A stretch of DNA of 64,000 bases from positions 280,245 through 344,244 of the IMG/VR virus record IMGVR_UViG_3300019776_000324. One strand, 5' to 3'. The notes below the pieces were generated by a model, which ran no database searches, was not told the DNA's origin, and worked only from the letters and a program-made list of their open reading frames with translations. Below are positions 1 through 8,695 of the stretch, piece after piece. The translations under genes were made by a program, and so were the position numbers. Each line of letters begins with the position of its first letter. Position 1 is the stretch's first letter.

Positions 1-1
1 A

Positions 2-1141
2 TATTATACTCGCGAAGCGCCTGGTAGTATCATTATTTACATTGTGGATCCTAACAAGCCAGCTGAGCAACGAGATAATAAAAATGATATTATTGTAGCC
101 ATGTTAAGTTTAGATAAATGTCAATGGATTCCTGGTGCCTATACAGTTAATTCAGTCACTACAGACGAGGCGTATCGAGGTCGTGGACTTGGACATAGTT
201 TGTATGGTATAGCATTATCAATCTTAGGTCTTACATTAGTTTCTGGAACCGAACAAACATCTAGTGGTAGAAGTATGTGGAAAACAATAAGCAATTTTCC
301 TGGAGTAGACATTAAAGGTTATACCAAAGCAACAGATAATCAAGCAAAACAACTATTAAAACAAAATGGTGCTCAACCACTTACCGGAGACTATTGGACT
401 TTTCCTATCAAACAAGGTAAACACGAACTTAAAAGCACCATACCGGATGTGCCAACATATCATACTCAATTTGCTAAAGATGTGCCGTACCACAAAATCT
501 ATAGAACTGGTCTAATTGCCAAGTGGAATCCAGGTCGAACTAATACTGTAAATGAAATAGCCCGCATACCACAAAGCGAACTAGGTGACTGGGGAGAAGA
601 AGGAACTATTGTTCCACCAGAACATCCAGTAGAAAAGAAGCCATTGCCTGGCGGCAGTAAGTTTACCTATGCTGTAGATAAAAACAGCCAGGGCAATCTA
701 GAAATACTAATATTCGATGGCGAAAAGTTAGCTGCCGAATTAGACTTGTTTGAAACAGGTGATGTGCTGAACACTTGGGGTGTAGAAACTATTGTAGTTG
801 AACGCCCATATCGTGGACAGGGGTTGGGCAAAGCCTTATATGGTATTGCCTTAAGCATACTAAAACTTACCATAGAAGCTGGCTCAACACAAACACGACA
901 TGGCCAACAGATGTGGTTAATGCTTAACAGTATTCCAGGAGTAGAAGTCAAAGGCTACACTATGGTTCCTACTGCCAAGTATCAACCTAACAAGAATGAT
1001 ACCATTGTCAAGCAAGACAAAGACTGGACTCGTTATACATTCCCGGTTCATCCAGGAAAACAAAGTATGCGTAGTGGTCGCCCAGGTGCTGGACTTTATA
1101 CTAGTCAAGCAACTATGATAGCTAAATGGACAGGTAAATGA
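2..1141 (+). CDS. Tandem GNAT-like acetyltransferase domain protein (5' partial; frame open from window start)
   Basis: Two copies of an acetyl-CoA-binding motif A (YRGRGLGHSLY and YRGQGLGKALY), each followed by GIALSIL..G..QT..G..MW; no stop between position 2 and the GTG at 44. Confidence 0.7.
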   Translation, partial: YYTREAPGSIIIYIVDPNKPAEQRDNKNDIIVAMLSLDKCQWIPGAYTVNSVTTDEAYRGRGLGHSLYGIALSILGLTLVSGTEQTSSGRSMWKTISNFPGVDIKGYTKATDNQAKQLLKQNGAQPLTGDYWTFPIKQGKHELKSTIPDVPTYHTQFAKDVPYHKIYRTGLIAKWNPGRTNTVNEIARIPQSELGDWGEEGTIVPPEHPVEKKPLPGGSKFTYAVDKNSQGNLEILIFDGEKLAAELDLFETGDVLNTWGVETIVVERPYRGQGLGKALYGIALSILKLTIEAGSTQTRHGQQMWLMLNSIPGVEVKGYTMVPTAKYQPNKNDTIVKQDKDWTRYTFPVHPGKQSMRSGRPGAGLYTSQATMIAKWTGK

Positions 1142-1869
1142 CAACAGTTACCGGTGGCGTAGTAACAACTGATGGTGCATATACTGTACGCACTTTTGAA
1201 ACCTCTGGCACATTAACTGTGTCTGGCGGAACATTAACTGATGTGCAATACTTGTTGATTGCTGGCGGCGGTCGTGCCGCAGTTCCAACTAGTTCCTATG
1301 TGGCCGGTGGAGGTGCTGGTGGTGCTCTAACAGGCAACATTACTCTTAATGCTGGTACATATCCTGTAGTCATAGGTGAAGCTACAATAAGTAGTGCTTT
1401 TAATGATCTTGTAACTATACCCGGCGGCACAGGAGGATTTTATGGTAATGGATTCTCAGGTGGTTCAGGTGGTGGTGGTGGAGTAATAGGTGTTACTCAT
1501 ATAAATTTTCAGAACTTTGTTGCTGGCAATGGCACACCCGGACAAGGACATGCAGGGGGCAATCCCTATGGTGGTGGATATCCACCATTTGGCCCAGGTG
1601 GCGGTGGTGGTGCATCAGGACCCGGTGGACAAGGCAGTGCTGACGGAGTTGGTGGTGCAGGTGGCCCAGGCTTAGCCAGCGATATAACTGGTAATACTGT
1701 TTATTATGCAGGTGGCGGTGCTGGCAAAGGACCCAAAGGTATTGGGAATAATAGCCCCGGATACGACAACTACGGAGCTGGCGGTGGTTACTCAAGCACG
1801 GTAAATAATAACTACGGAGAGTTACTATCTCCACAACCCGGAGTGTTGATTTTAAGGTACCTAACATGA
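1138..1869 (+). CDS. Glycine-rich virion/tail-fibre-associated domain protein
   Basis: YTVRTF..SGT / YLLIAGGG / GGSGGG / YYAGGGAG / GVLILRY pattern typical of phage Gly-rich domains. Confidence 0.6.
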   Translation: MTTVTGGVVTTDGAYTVRTFETSGTLTVSGGTLTDVQYLLIAGGGRAAVPTSSYVAGGGAGGALTGNITLNAGTYPVVIGEATISSAFNDLVTIPGGTGGFYGNGFSGGSGGGGGVIGVTHINFQNFVAGNGTPGQGHAGGNPYGGGYPPFGPGGGGGASGPGGQGSADGVGGAGGPGLASDITGNTVYYAGGGAGKGPKGIGNNSPGYDNYGAGGGYSSTVNNNYGELLSPQPGVLILRYLT

Positions 1870-2078
1870 GATTTCAAGAAATAGTCGAAGCTAAAAACAC
1901 AAATCCTATTGTAAATTACAATTTGTGGACAGCACAGGTACAGATCAAACAACCTAACTATGTTGGCCGTATTGATGTTACTGTAACTGCTGCCAACGCA
2001 CAAGATGCTCGCTTGTTAATGAAATCACAGTATGGTGTTGAATTTTGGCAAATTGGCAGTGTTAAACAAGTAAAATGA
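1866..2078 (+). CDS. Small hypothetical protein with MRFQEIVE N-terminus (capsid-targeting-like)
   Basis: ORF with ATGA coupling on both sides. Confidence 0.6.
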   Translation: MRFQEIVEAKNTNPIVNYNLWTAQVQIKQPNYVGRIDVTVTAANAQDARLLMKSQYGVEFWQIGSVKQVK

Positions 2079-2437
2079 GACTCAAAGAATTCGAACAAAA
2101 AGGCACTGATGCTGAACATGTGCTTGCTTATGTAAACAGCATACATCACGGCTTCAATATTCCTGATACTATTTTAAATCACCCACAATGGCGCAAGACT
2201 CGTGTGCCACTAAACAAGCTACATATTCCCGACGAAGAAGGCGAAGACCTAGAAGATCCGTACAATCGAGTACAGTGGATTGACTATGATCAAGTTAAAA
2301 GCGTTGATCGCCAATACATTGAAACACATCCTATTGTAGTAGACACCAATGGGCATATTATCGACGGTAATCACCGTGCTATAGCCGCTAAACTAGGCGG
2401 CATGTTTGACATTCCGGCATACATACCCACCAAATAA
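2075..2437 (+). CDS. ParB/Srx N-terminal-like domain protein
   Basis: PIVVD..GHIIDGNHR motif; MRLKEF N-terminus. Confidence 0.65.
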   Translation: MRLKEFEQKGTDAEHVLAYVNSIHHGFNIPDTILNHPQWRKTRVPLNKLHIPDEEGEDLEDPYNRVQWIDYDQVKSVDRQYIETHPIVVDTNGHIIDGNHRAIAAKLGGMFDIPAYIPTK

Positions 2438-2455
2438 TATACAGCTAAATACAGC

Positions 2456-2749
2456 ATGGATAAGAAATTTGTGCGAGTATTAGCTGATGTACATTGCGAA
2501 TGGGAAGGCCTAGATCCTATCTATCGTTTGTATGTTAATGACGAACTATTTGCCGAGCGCACATGGACATGGGCCAGTGCTTATCTTGAAGAAAATCTAC
2601 AAATTGAAGCTGAACCCGGCGAATATACTATACGCTACGAATTAGTACAGCCGCATCTAGCTGAATTAAAAGTAGAAAATATCCGTGTTGATTTTGGACC
2701 CGGAGTTATAGAAAATAATGTACTAAGGATTACCAATGAGACTGTATGA
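2456..2749 (+). CDS. Hypothetical protein
   Basis: ORF preceded by the late-promoter motif CTAAATA at about 2445. Confidence 0.6.
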   Translation: MDKKFVRVLADVHCEWEGLDPIYRLYVNDELFAERTWTWASAYLEENLQIEAEPGEYTIRYELVQPHLAELKVENIRVDFGPGVIENNVLRITNETV

Positions 2750-2936
2750 ATTTGTTAACTTGACTGAAGAAGCAAGTGCTTGTAGCACCACAGCAGGCAG
2801 TATTGCTCCGGTAAGTTCACCCATTGGTGGAATGGTCGCAAGAAATGCAGGATCTTTCTTTGCTGGTAAATACACTACTGACGATGCAACGCCTAATACG
2901 CCTGCAGAGTACAAAAAGTATAAACGGAAGAAATAA
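2736..2936 (+). CDS. Small hypothetical head-associated protein (MRLYEF..LTEE)
   Basis: ORF overlapping both neighbours; capsid-targeting-like N-terminus. Confidence 0.55.
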   Translation: MRLYEFVNLTEEASACSTTAGSIAPVSSPIGGMVARNAGSFFAGKYTTDDATPNTPAEYKKYKRKK

Positions 2937-3376
2937 TGTTAGCTGATTTATTAAAAACTTACTTGGCCAGTACATTTTCGTACTATTTAAAAGCCCACAT
3001 GTTCCATTGGAATGTGGAAGGTCCAGACTTTGGCGAACTACATGGTTTCTTTTCACAAATTTATGAAGATGCGTTTGATGCAGTAGATCCTATTGCTGAA
3101 TTTATCCGTACTGCAGAAGAATATGCCCCAGGAAGCCTAACCCGCTTTCATGAATTAACACAAATACAGGACCAAACCAAGGTCCCTCGTGCCCGATTAA
3201 TGTTAGAAGAATTACTCGCAGATACACAGACCATGAAAGATCTAAGCAAACAAGTGTTTGATGTTTCAACCCAAGAAGGTCGTGATGATGTTGCAAACTT
3301 TGCCGCAGATAGACTAAGCCAACACGGCAAGTACATGTGGCAACTTAAGAGTTATTTGAAAGACGCTAGGGCATGA
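2936..3376 (+). CDS. dps: Dps/ferritin-like protein
   Basis: KAHMFHWNVEGPDFGELHGFFSQIYED..D.IAE.IR ferroxidase signature. Confidence 0.9.
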   Translation: MLADLLKTYLASTFSYYLKAHMFHWNVEGPDFGELHGFFSQIYEDAFDAVDPIAEFIRTAEEYAPGSLTRFHELTQIQDQTKVPRARLMLEELLADTQTMKDLSKQVFDVSTQEGRDDVANFAADRLSQHGKYMWQLKSYLKDARA

Positions 3377-3379
3377 TCA

Positions 3380-4000
3380 ATGCAAGACCATAACGATATA
3401 TACTCCATTGTAGAACGCCTCCGTATGTTGGAGGAAGGTCTTGACAAGAATCAAAAGAGTGTCAATCAACTCAGTGCCACATTTAAACCAAAAACAGTAG
3501 CAGTACTCACAGCCAAAACAGATCCTAAAAATCCTCTAGCCGGCAAGCTGGTTGGTGGCGCAGAAGAAAGCGTAGAGTCCGACGAAGAGCCATTGGAAGA
3601 AGCTATTACTAGCGAAGATGTGCTGGACAAAGTTAAAAAATCATTTGCTGATTATCTAAGTAATATAGCAGATGAAATCAAACAAGATTCCGATCTCAAA
3701 GACAAGAAAAAAGAAGATACTGATCTAAAGCAAAAAGAAAAGAAGGATCGTGATCTTGTTTCTAAACAAATCGATGAACATGGTACTAATCTTCCAGAAG
3801 CAGTCAAATGTGTCACTATGGAAGATGGTCGCGTTTGTGAAATACACGGCGATGACAACTCTGGGTTTGAGATCCACCACGGTAACCGTAGTTTACCAAC
3901 AAGATTTAAAGATTTAGCTGAAGCCGAAATGGCTTTAGAAATGTTTATGAGTCGTCGTCGTAAGACTGACGAAGCACAAGATTATATTGAAGAAGCTTAA
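3380..4000 (+). CDS. Hypothetical acidic/charged protein, probably virion-associated
   Basis: 206-aa ORF with LEE/xEE motifs. Confidence 0.6.
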   Translation: MQDHNDIYSIVERLRMLEEGLDKNQKSVNQLSATFKPKTVAVLTAKTDPKNPLAGKLVGGAEESVESDEEPLEEAITSEDVLDKVKKSFADYLSNIADEIKQDSDLKDKKKEDTDLKQKEKKDRDLVSKQIDEHGTNLPEAVKCVTMEDGRVCEIHGDDNSGFEIHHGNRSLPTRFKDLAEAEMALEMFMSRRRKTDEAQDYIEEA

Positions 4001-4012
4001 GGAAAAAAAGAA

Positions 4013-6514
4013 ATGAATTTGTTAAACCTATTTGAAGGACGCGAACCGCATCAACAAGCTATTGACAAGCTGGAACAGGCTCGTATTGATCACTTAAAAG
4101 AAAAAATGGATTACTATGCTAAACACGGCATGGTAGAACAATTCAAAAAAGCCAAAGCTGAACACGACAGTTATTTTAAAGTTCAAGATGAGTGCATGGG
4201 ATATGGTAGTGTTGTTGGCGAACAAGGCATTCCTGGTTCAGTACCAACAGAAAAGATTCCTGGCAAAGAAGACTTACTCCGAGGCAAGGGTCGTAGCTAC
4301 TACGAATCAGTCGAAGAAGTTAATCCAAGTAAAAAAGTATTCAAAGACAAAGCTGGTAAACCAGTAGGAGAGATTGGTATTGATCCTGAATCAAGTCCTG
4401 GCAATAGCGAATGGTATGTATATCATTACGGCACAGGTTATAGTGTTGTTGGATTCGATAGTGCCGCAGAAGCTAAACGCGAATTAATGTATGTTCACAA
4501 GCATCCAGAAGCGGTCGAAGGGCACGAATCAACATTTGACGAAGCTGGTATTCCTGGTAATGTTCCAGTTGAAAAGATTCCAGGTAAAGAAGATTTGCTA
4601 AAGGGCAAGGGTCGTAGCTACTACGAAGCCCAAGACCAAAAAAAAAATTCTGAAGAAGTAGATAAGCTACAAACAGCTGCAAGAGAGTTTATAGAATTAA
4701 TAAACGATCGCACTGGTCCTATCTATAAAGCATATTATCGTAGTTTTCCAAAAGGTTCTGCACTAGAAGCAGAACTGCGTAAACGCATTGCCGCCAAGTA
4801 TGGCGTTGCAGAAAAAGAACTTGCTAACGCCGAAGCTGGCGATCGTGCTCGTCGCATGTTTGGTAATAAACTCAATGAAGATCAAAAGTTACATGTAGGT
4901 GATCCTATCATTGTTACAGCTCCTAATGAGTTTGAAGGCAAGACTGGTGAGATTGCAGAGTTCAGCCCAAGTGGCGCATTTGTTGTTGTAAACTTATACA
5001 ACCACGGTGAACACAGCATGCACCTGAGTGATGTTGAGTTTAATCAATATGCCGCAGATCAAGAAGATGAAGATGACTGGTACGACGACGGTGCAGAAGA
5101 TACATTAGAAGAAGAACAAAAAGAATTCCTGTACACAGTTGAATGCGATGGCTACAACAAAGGTAACTTTGTTAATAAAAACGACGCAATCTTTAGTGCT
5201 CAGTACATGATCTACTATGGCGAAAAAGAATATAACAAGATTGAAGTTATTGAACTTAAAACAGGTGATGTAATCTGGGAATGGCATGGCAAGAAAGCAG
5301 ACAACGATGTTGCTCCTACAGAAGTAGAAGTAGGTGAAGGTTGGAGCAACAAGATGGTTGCTCAAAGAACCGGTCAAGCTCCAACACCATATTCAGTTTA
5401 TATCAAAGGTAAAGAATGGAAGAGCTTTGCTGACGATGATCATGCTGAAAATGTAGCTAACAAGTTAAGAGCTAAATTCAAAGCAGAAGGTAAAGATCCT
5501 AGTGTTATTACTATTGCACCTACTGACTACGATAAAGATCTTAAAGAATTCGCACCAGGTGGCGGATATCAAGAACCACCTCCACCAGTATTAAAGAAAA
5601 AAGATCCGTTTGATGACGATGATCGTAGTATCTATCCACGCAAGATTCAACAACTATTAACCAGTGGTGCTAAAGTAGATAGCCGTGTTCCTGGTGCTAT
5701 GGGACACATTATTGCAGCTAATGGCGAAATGATTAGAATGAAGCCATTGAACAAGCCATACAGCCAAAAGAAATATGCTTGGTATATTGATCAAGAGCGT
5801 GATGATAAACTTTTATTAAAGCAAGTTGAACCTAACCATTATGTATTGTATGATCGTGATTGGTTGCCACAAGGCACAACAGAGGCTGCTAATCCAGCAC
5901 AACAGGCCGCTATTGCCGTTGCTATGAAGAAGGCTGGCAAGAAACCTAAGAGTGTTGATGAAGGTATCATGGATGTTGTTAAACAAACATTCAACGACAA
6001 TGTAGTAGGTTGGCCAATGGGCACTTCTACTGAACAGTTTATACAAGGTTGGGCTAGAGATATTAAAAATCGCACAGGAAAAAATGTTCCAGTAGAAAAG
6101 TTAACACAGTTGTACAATAACTATGTTAAGCGTTCTGGTGAACTTATGCAATCACATGGCACCACTAACGAAGCTGAAACAGATTATTCTAAGCGTCGCC
6201 AGCGTGAGCGTGATGTAGATGCAGGTAAGCCCGTAGCAAAACAGCGCCAACCCAAGATGACTGATTATCAAAAGCGCCGTGCTCAGCAGAAGAAAGAAAT
6301 GGAACTAGGCGAGGATCAAGACACTAGTGGTGTTGAGAGCGCAATTATTCGTCGTATTATGGTAGCACACACAGACTTGTTACAACAGTTTGGCCCAGAA
6401 AAAGTCATGCAGGCCGCAGAAGAAGTTGCTTACAATGTAGGCGATGTTGACGAAATTGGTACCAGTGATGTCAGTGCTTGGGTACACGAAGTCAAACAAA
6501 TCCTTGGTGCCTAA
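4013..6514 (+). CDS. Modular polyprotein-like head protein (modules bounded by x-x-E sites; includes a KOW-like module)
   Basis: 833 aa; SD AAGGA; internal repeat; GDPIIVTAPNEFEGKTGEI resembles a KOW motif. Confidence 0.6.
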   Translation: MNLLNLFEGREPHQQAIDKLEQARIDHLKEKMDYYAKHGMVEQFKKAKAEHDSYFKVQDECMGYGSVVGEQGIPGSVPTEKIPGKEDLLRGKGRSYYESVEEVNPSKKVFKDKAGKPVGEIGIDPESSPGNSEWYVYHYGTGYSVVGFDSAAEAKRELMYVHKHPEAVEGHESTFDEAGIPGNVPVEKIPGKEDLLKGKGRSYYEAQDQKKNSEEVDKLQTAAREFIELINDRTGPIYKAYYRSFPKGSALEAELRKRIAAKYGVAEKELANAEAGDRARRMFGNKLNEDQKLHVGDPIIVTAPNEFEGKTGEIAEFSPSGAFVVVNLYNHGEHSMHLSDVEFNQYAADQEDEDDWYDDGAEDTLEEEQKEFLYTVECDGYNKGNFVNKNDAIFSAQYMIYYGEKEYNKIEVIELKTGDVIWEWHGKKADNDVAPTEVEVGEGWSNKMVAQRTGQAPTPYSVYIKGKEWKSFADDDHAENVANKLRAKFKAEGKDPSVITIAPTDYDKDLKEFAPGGGYQEPPPPVLKKKDPFDDDDRSIYPRKIQQLLTSGAKVDSRVPGAMGHIIAANGEMIRMKPLNKPYSQKKYAWYIDQERDDKLLLKQVEPNHYVLYDRDWLPQGTTEAANPAQQAAIAVAMKKAGKKPKSVDEGIMDVVKQTFNDNVVGWPMGTSTEQFIQGWARDIKNRTGKNVPVEKLTQLYNNYVKRSGELMQSHGTTNEAETDYSKRRQRERDVDAGKPVAKQRQPKMTDYQKRRAQQKKEMELGEDQDTSGVESAIIRRIMVAHTDLLQQFGPEKVMQAAEEVAYNVGDVDEIGTSDVSAWVHEVKQILGA
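4220..4627 (+). repeat. Two 87-nt in-frame direct repeats (4220-4306 and 4541-4627)
   Basis: EQGIPGSVPTEKIPGKEDLLRGKGRSYYE versus EAGIPGNVPVEKIPGKEDLLKGKGRSYYE. Confidence 0.9.
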
Positions 6515-7134
6515 TGAGAGCAGAAGAGTTCACAGTTAGTCTAGACGAAAAATTAGATGAAATTCTAGTTCGTCTCTGTGAACTTGTAGTTCAAGGTCAA
6601 AAAGAAAATCAAGACCTAGGCATGGTGGCTGCCGCTGTATTAGATCCCGATGATAATTGTGTAACAGGTATTAACTATCCTGCACGAGATGGTAAGCGTG
6701 TTCATGCCGAGCGTGCCGCTATAAACAACTATATTGATCGTTTTGGCCCTGTTCCTCCTGGCAGTATTGTTATTACAACATTAAGTCCATGCAATCAAGA
6801 TATGGATAGTCGAGCAGGAGAAAGTTGTCAAGCGTTATTAGATCAACACGGCATTGATTCAGTTTACTGTGGTTATGTTGATCCTACACAAGATAAGCAT
6901 CAAGTCGGCTTAACTGCTAATAAAAAAATACAAGCATTGTGTAAAGCATTCGCTGACACTTTTCTTAAAGACAAACTAGACGAACTTGAATTTTTAGGTA
7001 GCCCTTGCACCAAAGACTGTTCAGGTCATCGTGCCGGATATGCATGGGCACAAAGCAAAGGCGGTCGTGTTGCTAACAGTCCATTTAGTCCTAGCTTTAA
7101 TAACGGCAGTCAGCTTTATGTTGATGGTAAGTAA
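6514..7134 (+). CDS. Zn-dependent cytidine/RibD-type deaminase domain with a C-terminal Cys-containing module
   Basis: HAE..(TTLSPC)..C motif; likely start is the ATG at 6514 in a TAATG overlap (MRAEEF). Confidence 0.75.
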   Translation: MRAEEFTVSLDEKLDEILVRLCELVVQGQKENQDLGMVAAAVLDPDDNCVTGINYPARDGKRVHAERAAINNYIDRFGPVPPGSIVITTLSPCNQDMDSRAGESCQALLDQHGIDSVYCGYVDPTQDKHQVGLTANKKIQALCKAFADTFLKDKLDELEFLGSPCTKDCSGHRAGYAWAQSKGGRVANSPFSPSFNNGSQLYVDGK

Positions 7135-7139
7135 TAAAA

Positions 7140-7319
7140 ATGATTACAACTTTAATAAAACAAAAATATTTAACAATCGTACAGACACTTGACAGGAAAG
7201 GTCCGTGGATTAAGGAAAATTTTGATCGTAAAGCATTTATTCGACAAATGGCTGACGATCATAATACTACCACAGACATGATTGAGAAGTTACTTGAAAA
7301 TTGCGAATGGTTTAAATAA
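7140..7319 (+). CDS. Hypothetical protein, 59 aa (below ORF-track cutoff)
   Basis: MITTLIKQKY...ENCEWFK*, read manually. Confidence 0.5.
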   Translation: MITTLIKQKYLTIVQTLDRKGPWIKENFDRKAFIRQMADDHNTTTDMIEKLLENCEWFK

Positions 7320-7320
7320 A

Positions 7321-7395
7321 ATGAACGACTATCCGATTATTCCAGAACAACAAGGTGACGAGGATTATAAACTTAATCCTTACGCACCAGTATAG
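7321..7395 (+). CDS. Possible 24-aa peptide MNDYPIIPEQQGDEDYKLNPYAPV
   Basis: ATG directly after a TAAATAAA late-promoter-like motif. Confidence 0.3.
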   Translation: MNDYPIIPEQQGDEDYKLNPYAPV

Positions 7396-7396
7396 A

Positions 7397-7497
7397 ACAC
7401 CCCTTAGGATCGTTTAGTTACGGTTTGGTGTAGGCGGCTGCTGCCTGCAAAACATTTCGGAGTCGTGCCCGATCGCGTGTTTGGCCAAGTGAGCATT
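7397..7497 (+). ncRNA. Candidate structured RNA with a possible loop-loop interaction
   Basis: GC-rich intergenic region; three hairpins, loop GGCU complementary to loop AGUC. Confidence 0.4.
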
Positions 7498-7507
7498 ACC
7501 AAATTAC

Positions 7508-7535
7508 TTGCATTGTCTAGATAAACCTGTATAAT
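7508..7535 (+). promoter_or_regulatory. sigma70-type promoter
   Basis: TTGCAT-16-TATAAT. Confidence 0.55.
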
Positions 7536-7561
7536 TAATACATTACTAACAGGAGATTTAA

Positions 7562-7822
7562 ATGTCAGATCGCGTTTTTACATCAGAGCAAACCAACAAA
7601 CTTACACAAATTATCAATGAAGGCATTAGTGTAATGTCCGAAATTGAAACACTCACAGGCGGCCTCAACGACACAGTCAAAGCCATTGCTGAAGAATTAG
7701 AAATCAAACCAAGCATCTTGAAAAAAGCTATCAAGTTAGCACACAAAGCTGAGTTCGGTCGTGAACAACAGGATCACGAATTGCTTGAGCAAATTTTAGT
7801 ACAAGTAGGAAAAACACTGTAA
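7562..7822 (+). CDS. T4 DsbA/GapR-like small dsDNA-binding protein
   Basis: 86-aa helical protein (VKAIAEELEIKPSILKKAIKLAHK); SD AGGAG; upstream of the polymerase. Confidence 0.55.
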   Translation: MSDRVFTSEQTNKLTQIINEGISVMSEIETLTGGLNDTVKAIAEELEIKPSILKKAIKLAHKAEFGREQQDHELLEQILVQVGKTL

Positions 7823-8695
7823 TTGCAAGCAGATTTTAAATTTTTAAATACGAACGGCGAGATTGTAGATACAGTCAGTGTAGAGTTACTTGATACACCT
7901 GCATCACTAGCATGGCAGTACGCCGTTCATTTAAATAATAAAAATCGTAAGATCAGTTCTCGTAGTACCATAGGTGGTTATTCTAATATTATTAATCAAG
8001 CACATGTTGATTCTACCTTTGAAAAAATATGTGCTTGTATCGATCAACTAGCCGACACAGAGTTTCCATATACAGGGTCGTTGCCAGAAACTGCGTTAGA
8101 TATTGATCAGCAGTTTCTTAATCAATTACACAGATACTTTACTGATAGTTGTTTAGAAATTTGGAATTATAAATTTAGTGACTTTGCACTACAGATCACA
8201 CTAAATGAAATTTTTCAGCAACTAAACATTCTAATACACGCAATCGAAAATTACTTTCCAACTCCTCAAAAACAACAATGGCAAGGATGCGGAAAAGAAA
8301 TACACTTACACAGCAACGGTGACTCAACTAGCTACGATATAGCACCATTTCGTGGATGCCACAGTTACGAAAGAGCAGATCTAGTATTAGACTCTCATAT
8401 TTTAGGTAAAACTTTAATTGAAAGTTTCATGTGCAATGACAATCCTGCGCATTGGGATACTTCAGGGCATGTGCGTACCAGTGGTGGATGTGTGTTTTTA
8501 TTAACTGATCACCGCCAGCAAATTTACAACAGCAATGAATTCATTGAATGGTTATCTAGCCATCAAACTAGTAAACAAAAACAGTTTGCTGATTTGCCCT
8601 TGGGAAATTTAATTGCAGGGCACCGAGACCGCCTAGATACATTGTTAACTGACAACATGTTTAACAAGTATACATGTGAAATTGCCTTATTGTGA
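7823..8695 (+). CDS. Hypothetical protein (TTG start)
   Basis: 290-aa ORF coupled to the radical SAM gene. Confidence 0.55.
   Translation: MQADFKFLNTNGEIVDTVSVELLDTPASLAWQYAVHLNNKNRKISSRSTIGGYSNIINQAHVDSTFEKICACIDQLADTEFPYTGSLPETALDIDQQFLNQLHRYFTDSCLEIWNYKFSDFALQITLNEIFQQLNILIHAIENYFPTPQKQQWQGCGKEIHLHSNGDSTSYDIAPFRGCHSYERADLVLDSHILGKTLIESFMCNDNPAHWDTSGHVRTSGGCVFLLTDHRQQIYNSNEFIEWLSSHQTSKQKQFADLPLGNLIAGHRDRLDTLLTDNMFNKYTCEIALL

Noticed and set aside
1300-1790. GGT/GGC-rich pseudo-repeats (also 22670-22690)
   Set aside because: Explained by glycine codons
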